Under the pieces are notes generated by a model. It saw only the letters and a list, made by a program, of their open reading frames with translations. It had not been told where the DNA came from and ran no database searches. From Oscillospiraceae bacterium (lineage in GTDB: Bacteria; Bacillota; Clostridia; Oscillospirales; CAG-382): a stretch of DNA of 64,000 nucleotides. The translations under genes were made by a program, and so were the position numbers. The DNA lies in NCBI GenBank assembly GCA_015063885.1, contig SVTH01000001.1:91182-155181 (forward strand). The letters are read 5' to 3'. Numbering within the stretch: position 1 is the stretch's first letter; each line of letters opens with the position of its first letter. Shown one piece after another: positions 1 through 7,215 of this stretch.

Positions 1-1
1 G

Positions 2-316
2 ATCAGAAAAACCGTTAAGTTCAAAGATCCCAAGGCAAGAAAGGTTCAAAAGTATCACAAATTCATCGTCCTGCTCCAGTTCGTATACGCCGCTTGCAAT
101 CTTCTTTTGTCACTTTGGGGCGGTTGGCTGGTGGTGGGAATCATCCCCATTACTTTGCACTTCATGGTCTCTTACGCAGTCACGGCGAATATGGACGATC
201 GTTTGCAGTGTAGCCATGAGGAATGGACGGCCATCGAGTTCTGGCGTGCTATGGGCGTCGTCTCTTACATCGCCGCTTTCTTCTCTATGCTCATCGTCTC
301 CGCCGTGGTTTCGTAA
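2..316 (+). CDS. 3' end of a membrane protein gene cut by the window edge
   Basis: Frame 2 is open from base 2 to TAA 314-316. The tail ...LSLWGGWLVVGIIPITLHF...VVSYIAAFFSMLIVSAVVS has two hydrophobic helices. A hairpin follows at 341-367. Confidence 0.4.
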   Translation: MRKTVKFKDPKARKVQKYHKFIVLLQFVYAACNLLLSLWGGWLVVGIIPITLHFMVSYAVTANMDDRLQCSHEEWTAIEFWRAMGVVSYIAAFFSMLIVSAVVS

Positions 317-340
317 AAGGACTTTTTCTCTATACACAAA

Positions 341-376
341 AAGGAGCTTCACCAACCGAAGCTCCTTATCTTTATT
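341..376. terminator. Hairpin terminator between convergent genes
   Basis: aaggagcttc (341-350) / gaagctcctt (358-367), 7-nt loop. T-rich tail atctttatt on +, A-run upstream serves the minus strand. Confidence 0.5.
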
Positions 377-590
377 CTCTTTGATACGTTTTACCGTCTA
401 TCACGGGAACGTCACCGCACACCGTAAGGGCTTCCGTGACGTCAAAAAACACCGTTATCCCGATGTCTTCCGGTGCAAACTCCTGCCGATAGAACCCGCA
501 GTACCGGCCGCCGTCCTCCGGGAAAAAGCTGTTCCCTTCCACAGTACCCACCAGCAGCACGTCCTCGTCAAGATACCACGCTTTTTTCAT
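372..590 (-). CDS. Hypothetical small protein (72 aa)
   Basis: ATG ORF with a GAAGGGA RBS-like purine run upstream and the terminator hairpin downstream. No recognisable motif. Confidence 0.4.
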   Translation of the reverse strand: MKKAWYLDEDVLLVGTVEGNSFFPEDGGRYCGFYRQEFAPEDIGITVFFDVTEALTVCGDVPVIDGKTYQRE

Positions 591-657
591 GCTTCGTTCC
601 CTTCGTCCGATTTCACCGAAAACGACAGTTTTCGGAAACAGATTTTCTTTTTGAATT

Positions 658-694
658 CTTAAAACTTTTTCTTCTAAAAAGAAAAAGTTTTAAG
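658..694. repeat. Perfect AT-rich palindrome, CTTAA-type family copy 1
   Basis: cttaaaactttttctt / aagaaaaagttttaag: 16-bp perfect arms, 5-nt loop. Related copies at 7001-7035 and 10744-10781. Confidence 0.7.
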
Positions 695-743
695 CGTACT
701 TTTATCATACCAAGAAAACCGTCCCCTGTCAACACCTTTTTCG

Positions 744-1256
744 TCACAAAACCGTCCAAAGCCAGTAGATCACCCCGTACACCACCGAGCTTGCCGTGCC
801 GAACACGATCACAGGCCCCGCAATGGTGAACATCTTCGCCGCAACCCCCAAAACGTACCCCTCGGATCTTGCGTCAATGGCAGGGGAGGCCACGGCGTTG
901 GCGAACCCGGTAATGGGCACCAGAGTACCGGCACCTGCAAACTTGGCGATGCGGTCAAAGATCCCGATCCCCGTGAGCAGTCCCGCTAAGAAGATCAGCG
1001 TCACGGAAGCACAGGTGGCCGCCACCTTTTCCGAAAGCCCTGCCCATTTGTAAAGATCTCCCAAGCCCTGTCCCAAACAGCAGATCAAGCCGCCCACCAG
1101 AAACGCCCGCACCCCGTTTTTCACCCAGGGCGACCGCTTTGCCCGTGTCTCCGTATACTTTTTATAAGCCTGTTTTTCCACCAAAAATCCTTCTTTCCCA
1201 TTTTTTTCTGCCTCTATTTTCCGCCCCTCGTCAAGAAAATATGCACCCCGTTCCAT
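744..1256 (-). CDS. spoVAC: Stage V sporulation protein AC (SpoVAC/SpoVAEB family)
   Basis: 170 aa, multi-TM. Conserved blocks FLVGGLICCLGQ and GAGTLVPITGFANAV are typical of SpoVAC. Confidence 0.85.
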   Translation of the reverse strand: MERGAYFLDEGRKIEAEKNGKEGFLVEKQAYKKYTETRAKRSPWVKNGVRAFLVGGLICCLGQGLGDLYKWAGLSEKVAATCASVTLIFLAGLLTGIGIFDRIAKFAGAGTLVPITGFANAVASPAIDARSEGYVLGVAAKMFTIAGPVIVFGTASSVVYGVIYWLWTVL

Positions 1257-1263
1257 ATTTCTA

Positions 1264-1291
1264 TTGACATTTTCCCAAAAATGAATATAAT
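1264..1291 (+). promoter_or_regulatory. Sigma-A-type promoter for the acyl synthetase gene
   Basis: TTGACA (1264-1269), 16-nt spacer, TATAAT (1286-1291). Confidence 0.4.
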
Positions 1292-1317
1292 ATGATAAGT
1301 AAAGTGCGTCAGTATGG
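1288..1317 (-). promoter_or_regulatory. Possible forespore (sigma-G/F-like) promoter for spoVAC
   Basis: Minus strand reads CCATA, 18 nt, CATATTA, approximating GNATR-N18-CATNNTA. One mismatch in the -35. Confidence 0.25.
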
Positions 1318-1370
1318 ACTTTTTTGCCCTGCTGTCATTTTCACAGCAAATCCCTTTATTCTAACAGAAG

Positions 1371-3101
1371 GTGGTCATGAATTTGAAACGAATTTACCCC
1401 AAACAGAAATTTGATAAATTTGCAAGCATTCGTGATATGCTGGACTTTGCCGCCGAGCAGTACGGCGACAAGGTGCAGTACCGTTATTTTACAAAAGGCA
1501 CCGAGATCGGTGAGATGACCTACCGCCAGTTCCGTGAGGACGTGGACCGTGTAGGCACCGCGTTGGCGGCAAGAGGCCTGCGGGGCGCTACCGTTGCCAT
1601 TCTTGCAGAAAGCCGTCCCCAGTGGATGGTGGCCTTCTGCGCCGTGGTCTGCGGCGGCGGTATGGTGGTCCCCATGGACAAAGAGCTTCAGGAGGATCAG
1701 ATCGTTGAGTTCCTGAACCGCTCCGAGTCTGAGCTGATCTTCTGCTCCGACCGTTACGCACAGCGGCTGAAGGAGCGTTTCGGTGAGCTTGCCACCGCCC
1801 GCTTCATCATCAACTTCGATAACGTCACCACCGAGGATCACGTGGTAGAGGCTTACGACGAGCTTCTGGAAAAGGGCAAGCTGCTCCTTTCCGACGGCTA
1901 TATGGAATATACCACCGCACGGTTTGATACCTCCAAGGCCTGCACCCTGCTGTTCACCTCCGGCACCACCGGCACCAGTAAGGGCGTCCTCCTGTCTCAG
2001 GATAATGTGACCGCCTGCGTATTCCATTCCGCCAACATGGTCAACATCACCAAGGACGACGTCCTGTTCAGCGTCCTGCCCATGCACCATACTTACGAGC
2101 TGGTCTGCGCCGAGCTGGGCGCCATCTGCGTGGGTGCCACCACCTGCTTCAACAACAGCCTGAAGTATTTCCTGCGGAACGTGAAGATCTTCCGCCCCAC
2201 CGCCATGGTTGTGGTGCCGCTCTTCCTGTCTACCATTTACAAGAAGATCTGCGAGGAGATCAAAAAGAAGAACAAAGAGAAGCTGGTCAAGGGCGCCATC
2301 GCCGTGACCAAGACGCTCCGCAAGGTGGGTATCGACCTGCGTGAGACCGCCTTCAAGGAGATCACTGCGGCCTTGGGCGGCAGACTGAAGAACGTGATCT
2401 GCGGCGGCGCCGCCATGGATCCCGAGTTGGTTGACCGCTTTGCCGAGTTCGGCATCACCGTGGTCCAGGGCTACGGCATCTCCGAGTGCTCTCCCTTGGT
2501 CTGCGTGGTTCCCTATACCGCCATCCGCAACAATTCCGTGGGTCTTCCCGCCTACGGCACCCAGGTGAAGATCGTGGGTACCGACGACGGCGGCAGAGAG
2601 TTCGACGCTCCCGCAGGGGAGATCGGCGAGATCTGCGTCAAGAGCCCCCAGGTGATGATCGGCTACCACAACAATCCCGAAGCCACCGCAGAGGCCTTCA
2701 ACAACGAGGGCTACTTCCGTACCGGAGACTACGGCTACATGGATAAGGACGGTTACCTGTATATCACCGGCAGAAAGAAGAATATCATCATCCTCTCCAA
2801 CGGTAAGAACGTCTACCCCGAGGAGATCGAGGAATTCCTGTATAAGCTGGAGATCATCAAGGAGTGCGTGGTCGTCGCCCGCTCCAAAGGGGAAGAGGAC
2901 GACGTGATCACCGCCGTGATCTATCCCGATTACGAGAAGTTTGAGGGCAAGACCGACGAGGAGATCATCGCCGCCGTGAAGGCAGAGGTAGCCTCCGTGA
3001 ACAAAAAGCTCCCCACCTTCAAGCAGGTGCGGAACATCGAGCTCCGCAAGACCGAGTTCGAGAAGACCACTACCAGAAAAATTATGCGGTATAAAGTATA
3101 A
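1371..3101 (+). CDS. AMP-dependent long-chain acyl-CoA/acyl-ACP synthetase (ANL superfamily)
   Basis: 576 aa. AMP-binding signature TSGTTGTSKGV, GYGISE, TGDYGYMDKDGYLYITGRKK. Confidence 0.9.
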   Translation: MVMNLKRIYPKQKFDKFASIRDMLDFAAEQYGDKVQYRYFTKGTEIGEMTYRQFREDVDRVGTALAARGLRGATVAILAESRPQWMVAFCAVVCGGGMVVPMDKELQEDQIVEFLNRSESELIFCSDRYAQRLKERFGELATARFIINFDNVTTEDHVVEAYDELLEKGKLLLSDGYMEYTTARFDTSKACTLLFTSGTTGTSKGVLLSQDNVTACVFHSANMVNITKDDVLFSVLPMHHTYELVCAELGAICVGATTCFNNSLKYFLRNVKIFRPTAMVVVPLFLSTIYKKICEEIKKKNKEKLVKGAIAVTKTLRKVGIDLRETAFKEITAALGGRLKNVICGGAAMDPELVDRFAEFGITVVQGYGISECSPLVCVVPYTAIRNNSVGLPAYGTQVKIVGTDDGGREFDAPAGEIGEICVKSPQVMIGYHNNPEATAEAFNNEGYFRTGDYGYMDKDGYLYITGRKKNIIILSNGKNVYPEEIEEFLYKLEIIKECVVVARSKGEEDDVITAVIYPDYEKFEGKTDEEIIAAVKAEVASVNKKLPTFKQVRNIELRKTEFEKTTTRKIMRYKV

Positions 3102-3122
3102 AGCAAGGAAAGGTATCTACTT

Positions 3123-3347
3123 ATGTTCGAGAAAATCAAAAGCATCCTGGTCAGCGAGCTGAATATCGATCCCTCTCTCATCACTCCCGAGGCAGAGATG
3201 ATCTCCTCCCTGGGGCTCAACTCCCTGGAGCTGGCAGACCTGATCGTTATGTGTGAGGATCGCTTCGGCATCGTGTTCGAGGATGAGGACCTGGCTTCTC
3301 TCATCACCATCGGCGACGTAGCCGCTTACATCGAAGCCCGTGTATAA
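3123..3347 (+). CDS. Acyl carrier protein-like
   Basis: 74 aa acidic protein. LGLNSLELADLI fits an ACP phosphopantetheine-Ser helix II. Starts 21 nt after the synthetase gene. Confidence 0.75.
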   Translation: MFEKIKSILVSELNIDPSLITPEAEMISSLGLNSLELADLIVMCEDRFGIVFEDEDLASLITIGDVAAYIEARV

Positions 3348-3365
3348 AAACTGCCCAAAAGGGTC

Positions 3366-3394
3366 TTGACAAAGCCTTCCCTTTGTGGTAAACT
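3366..3394 (+). promoter_or_regulatory. Sigma-A promoter of the Mn-riboswitch/mntP unit
   Basis: TTGACA (3366-3371), 17 nt, TAAACT (3389-3394). Confidence 0.55.
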
Positions 3395-3399
3395 ATCCC

Positions 3400-3500
3400 T
3401 ACTTCATTCGTGAGGGAGTAGCAAGCGCAGATCCTTCTGCGTAGCAAGTCAACATCCTGGCTCTTTGCCTGGCTTGCTTTCATTTGCGAGACTCATGTAT
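3400..3500 (+). promoter_or_regulatory. yybP-ykoY (manganese) riboswitch-like leader
   Basis: GAGGGAGUAGC (about 3411-3422), GCAAGUCAACAU (about 3444-3455) and UGCGAGACUCAU (about 3485-3496) resemble the conserved L1 / UUGACAU / AGCAAGAC blocks. Internal hairpin cgcag..ctgcg. Sits directly upstream of mntP. Confidence 0.6.
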
Positions 3501-3609
3501 AACCGAGGTTATACTTGGGTTATCCATTTGTCGGAATTTCCCGGTATGGCATTCGGTCATACCGGGTTTCTTCTTTTCGGATGCAAACTATGGAAAAGAG
3601 AGCATACTT

Positions 3610-4191
3610 ATGTTGGATCTCGCCTTTTTTGTCAATTCCATCTCCCTGGGGGTGGCCCTGGCAATGGACGCCTTCTCCGTGTCCCTGGCCAACGGCTTGA
3701 GCTGTCCCTGTATGCCGAGGAAAAAGATGACCCTCATCGCGGGAGTCTTCGCCTTCTTCCAGGCGGCCATGCCCTTGCTGGGCTGGTTCGTGGTACATAC
3801 CGCCGCCACTTATTTCCAGGCCTTCCGTCCCTGCATCCCCTGGATCGCCCTTGGCCTTTTGAGCTTCTTAGGCGGTAAGATGCTGGTGGAAGGGCTGAAG
3901 AACCAAGAGGAAGCCTGCAACCTGGAGGCCATCACCCTGCCTCTCTTGCTGGGACAAGGAGTGGCAACCTCCATCGACGCCATGGCCGCAGGCCTCACCA
4001 TCTCCGAATATAACGCACCCATGGCCCTGCTTTGCGCCCTGCTCATCGCCGCCGTCACCTTTTTCATCTGCCTGGCAGGCGTTCTCATCGGCAGAAAATT
4101 CGGCACCAAGCTGGCAGGGAAGGCATCCATCCTGGGAGGCGCGATCCTCATCGCCATCGGGCTGGAGATCTTTATTTCCGGAATCATTTAA
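3610..4191 (+). CDS. mntP: Manganese efflux pump MntP
   Basis: Track ORF 3484-4191 trimmed to ATG 3610 because the upstream part overlaps the riboswitch. Repeated MntP/DUF204 motifs LAMDAFSVSLANG and SIDAMAAGLT; about 6 TM. Confidence 0.85.
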   Translation: MLDLAFFVNSISLGVALAMDAFSVSLANGLSCPCMPRKKMTLIAGVFAFFQAAMPLLGWFVVHTAATYFQAFRPCIPWIALGLLSFLGGKMLVEGLKNQEEACNLEAITLPLLLGQGVATSIDAMAAGLTISEYNAPMALLCALLIAAVTFFICLAGVLIGRKFGTKLAGKASILGGAILIAIGLEIFISGII

Positions 4192-4214
4192 TCACATAGA
4201 AAGGGAAATGAACA

Positions 4215-6956
4215 ATGGAACCAAAAGCATTTGAAACGCTATCCGTCAAACAGACCTGCGAAGCGTTGCAAACGGACCCCGTCAAAGGCTTATCCCAAGA
4301 GGAAGCCGCCGCAAGACTCCAAAAGTACGGCAAAAACAAGCTGGAAGAGAAGAAAAAGCTTACCCCTCTTGCCATCTTCTTCGCCCAGCTGAAGGACCCC
4401 ATGATCTACGTGCTCTTCGCCGCCATCGCAGTGACCGCAGGGATCTCCGTCTACGAGACCGTCCATTGGATCAAGGCGGGCAACGCCTTCGATTTCCTGG
4501 CGGTAGGGGATTGGCCCGACGTGATCATCATCTTAGCCGTGATCCTGCTGAACGCCCTCATCGGCACCGTGCAGGAGATCAAAGCCCAATCCTCCCTGGA
4601 CGCCCTCAAGCAGCTTTCCAGCCCGGAATCCAACGTGATCCGCGGCGGTGTGCGTATGCGGGTCAAATCCGAGGATCTGGTCCCCGGCGACCTGGTGGTT
4701 CTTGAGGAAGGCGACACCATCGGTGCCGACCTGAGGCTGACGGAATCCTACAACATGAAGGTGAACGAATCCAGCCTCACCGGTGAATCCACCCAGGTGG
4801 AAAAGGACGCTTCCCTGACCTTCTCCGAGCCCGTGGGCATCGGCGACCGCAAAAACTTGGTGTATATGTCCACCCCCGTTACCTACGGCAGAGGCACGGG
4901 TATCGTCTGCCGTCACGGTATGAACACCGAGATCGGCCGTATCGCCACCGCTCTGGATAACGAAGAGGAAGAGCAAACGCCTCTCCAGAAGGTGCTGGCA
5001 GGGCTCTCCAAGACCCTGGGTCTTCTCGCCTTGGGCGTGGTGATCTTCGTCCTGGCCGCCGATATCATCTGGCTGTTCGCAGACGGCAAGGGCGGCGTGA
5101 TGGAAGCCTACGTGGAAGCCGTCCTCTCCGCCATCGCACTGGCCGTGGCCGCCATCCCCGAGGGACTTCCCGCCGTGGTCACCATCGTCCTGGCTCTGGG
5201 CGTCCGCAAAATGGTAAACGCCAACACCATCGTCCGCAAGCTCCCCTCCGTGGAGACCCTGGGCGCCGTGTCCGTGGTGTGCTCCGATAAAACCGGCACC
5301 CTCACCCAAAACCGTATGACCGTGGTGGAAGCCTACGTAAACGGCACCGTCACTCTGCAGAAAGAATTCCCCACCCATTCCGACGAGGATCTCCGCCTCC
5401 TGGCAAAGGGGATGTCCCTTTGCTCCAACGCCGTGGTGGACGAGGGCGTCAGCGGCGACCCCACGGAGATCGCCCTGGTGCGCTTTGCCAACGAAATGGG
5501 AATGCACAAGGCCGACCTGGAAGGGGAGTCCCCCCGTATCGACGAATTGCCCTTCGACAGCGACCGTAAGATGATGTCCACCCTCCACAAGACCGCCGCA
5601 GGCACGAGAAGCTTCACAAAGGGTGCCTTCGACTCCATTATGAGCCGCGCCACCCGCATCCTGGATCACGGCACCATCCGCCCCATGACGGAGGCTGACC
5701 GCAACGCCATCTCCGCCGCCAACAGCGCCTTCAGTGAGCGCGCCCTGCGCGTTCTCACCCTGGCTTGCCGTGACGGGGATTCCATCCTGGAAGAAGACCT
5801 GATCTTCGTCGGCATGGTGGCCATGGTGGACCCGGAGCGTCCCGAGGCTAAGGGCGCCGTGGAAAAATTCGTCCGTGCAGGCATCGAGACCGTCATGATC
5901 ACGGGCGACCATAAGGACACCGCCTTCGCCATCGCCAAGAACCTGGGCATCTGCAAGTCCAAAGACCAGTGCCGCACCGGCGCCGAGGTGGACGCCATGA
6001 CCGAGGAGGAGCTCCGCGAGGCCTGCAAGACCGTCCGTGTCTTCGCCCGCGTTTCTCCCGAGAATAAAGTACAGATCGTCAAGGCCTTCAAGGCCAACGG
6101 CAATATCTGCGCCATGACCGGCGACGGCGTCAACGACGCACCCAGCCTGAAGGCCGCCGACATCGGCATCGCCATGGGCATCACCGGCACCGACGTTGCC
6201 AAGAGCGCCGCCGATATGGTGCTCACCGACGATAACTTCGCCTCCATCGAAAAAGCGGTGGAAGAGGGCAGAAGCATCTACGCCAACATCAAAAAGACGG
6301 TGTGCTTCCTGCTGTCCTCCAACATCGCCGAGGTCTTCGCCATGTTCGTTCTGATCTGCGTAGGCCTTCCCGCACCCCTCATCGCCATCCACCTTTTGTG
6401 GGTGAACCTGATCACCGACAGCCTGCCCGCCATCGCTCTGGGCATGGATCCCAAATCCCCCGACATCCTGGACGAAAAGCCCCGTGATCCTAATGAAAGC
6501 ATTTTCCACGGCGGCGGCCTGCGCAACGTGATCCTTTACGGCACCATCCTCACCGTTTCCGTGCTGTGCGCGTACCTTTCCGCAGCTGTCATGGGTGGCG
6601 CTTCCACCTTCGGAGAGATCAAGAGCCTGCTGGAATCCGATCCCGCCATCCTTGCGCAGGCACGTACCATGGCCTTCACCGCATTGGCCTTCGGCGAGCT
6701 GTTCCATATGCTGGGCGTCAGCACGGGCAAGCACTCCGCCGTGCAGGTGTTCCGCAATAAAAACGGCATGATGGCTCTCGCCTTCGCCGCAGGCCTGGTT
6801 CTCCAGCTCATCGTGGTGCAGGTCCCCGTGGTCGGCGCCATCTTCTCCACCTCCGCACTGAACGGTACCCAGTGGCTGGTCACCGCCATCCTGGCCCTCC
6901 TGCCCCTGGCCGTTCACGAGCTGGAAGTGCTCATCCACCGCATCTTCAAGAAATAA
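4215..6956 (+). CDS. P-type cation-transporting ATPase, type IIA-like (Ca2+/Mn2+)
   Basis: 913 aa. LTGES, CSDKTGTLT (phospho-Asp), ITGDHKDTA, MTGDGVNDAP; N-terminal cation-ATPase-N domain; 10 TM. Starts 23 nt after mntP. Confidence 0.9.
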   Translation: MEPKAFETLSVKQTCEALQTDPVKGLSQEEAAARLQKYGKNKLEEKKKLTPLAIFFAQLKDPMIYVLFAAIAVTAGISVYETVHWIKAGNAFDFLAVGDWPDVIIILAVILLNALIGTVQEIKAQSSLDALKQLSSPESNVIRGGVRMRVKSEDLVPGDLVVLEEGDTIGADLRLTESYNMKVNESSLTGESTQVEKDASLTFSEPVGIGDRKNLVYMSTPVTYGRGTGIVCRHGMNTEIGRIATALDNEEEEQTPLQKVLAGLSKTLGLLALGVVIFVLAADIIWLFADGKGGVMEAYVEAVLSAIALAVAAIPEGLPAVVTIVLALGVRKMVNANTIVRKLPSVETLGAVSVVCSDKTGTLTQNRMTVVEAYVNGTVTLQKEFPTHSDEDLRLLAKGMSLCSNAVVDEGVSGDPTEIALVRFANEMGMHKADLEGESPRIDELPFDSDRKMMSTLHKTAAGTRSFTKGAFDSIMSRATRILDHGTIRPMTEADRNAISAANSAFSERALRVLTLACRDGDSILEEDLIFVGMVAMVDPERPEAKGAVEKFVRAGIETVMITGDHKDTAFAIAKNLGICKSKDQCRTGAEVDAMTEEELREACKTVRVFARVSPENKVQIVKAFKANGNICAMTGDGVNDAPSLKAADIGIAMGITGTDVAKSAADMVLTDDNFASIEKAVEEGRSIYANIKKTVCFLLSSNIAEVFAMFVLICVGLPAPLIAIHLLWVNLITDSLPAIALGMDPKSPDILDEKPRDPNESIFHGGGLRNVILYGTILTVSVLCAYLSAAVMGGASTFGEIKSLLESDPAILAQARTMAFTALAFGELFHMLGVSTGKHSAVQVFRNKNGMMALAFAAGLVLQLIVVQVPVVGAIFSTSALNGTQWLVTAILALLPLAVHELEVLIHRIFKK

Positions 6957-6965
6957 ACGCAAAAA

Positions 6966-6998
6966 ACAGAGCCGTTGTCCCCGGCTCTGTTTCGTTTT
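6966..6998 (+). terminator. Rho-independent terminator after the ATPase gene
   Basis: cagagccg / cggctctg stem, then tttcgtttt. Confidence 0.65.
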
Positions 6999-7000
6999 AC

Positions 7001-7035
7001 CTTAAGAAACTTTTTTGAGGAAAAAGTTTCTTAAG
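7001..7035. repeat. Perfect AT-rich palindrome, CTTAAG family copy 2
   Basis: cttaagaaacttttt / aaaaagtttcttaag: 15-bp perfect arms, 5-nt loop. Confidence 0.7.
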
Positions 7036-7215
7036 AATCTTCAAAAGCCTTTCCTGCCAAGCCGATTTACATCGGCTTGGGAAAAACTCATATTATTTGT
7101 GTATACGCTTAGAGAAATCGTACAGATCTATTTTTCCGCTCGCCGCAGGCGAGCCTTACCTTCCCCCTTTGGGGAAGGGGGACCATCCGCTTGCGAATGG
7201 TGGATGAGGTTACTC

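Noticed and set aside
1356-2669. Long antisense or alternative-frame ORFs across GC-rich genes: 1356-2669(-), 4533-6962(-), 7015-7833(+), 12638-13864(-), 14997-17045(-), 17983-19683(-), 29594-31378(-), 31577-32638(-), 43179-44669(+), 48375-49907(+), 51607-53430(+), 53811-55304(-), 62433-63311(-).
   Set aside because: They overlap strongly supported genes on the other strand. Their translations are Gly/Ala/Arg/Val/His-rich low-complexity strings with no motifs. This is the typical stop-codon-poor shadow frame of GC-rich DNA.
3484-4191. The longer starts given by the ORF track: mntP at 3484, gntR at 10704, 10735, 12340, 14073, 24363, 25911, 33204, capD at 40965, 62445.
   Set aside because: The upstream extensions overlap the riboswitch, promoter or terminator sequences. 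They lack RBSs and encode non-homologous junk, and internal starts with AGGAGG-type RBSs fit the known family N-termini.
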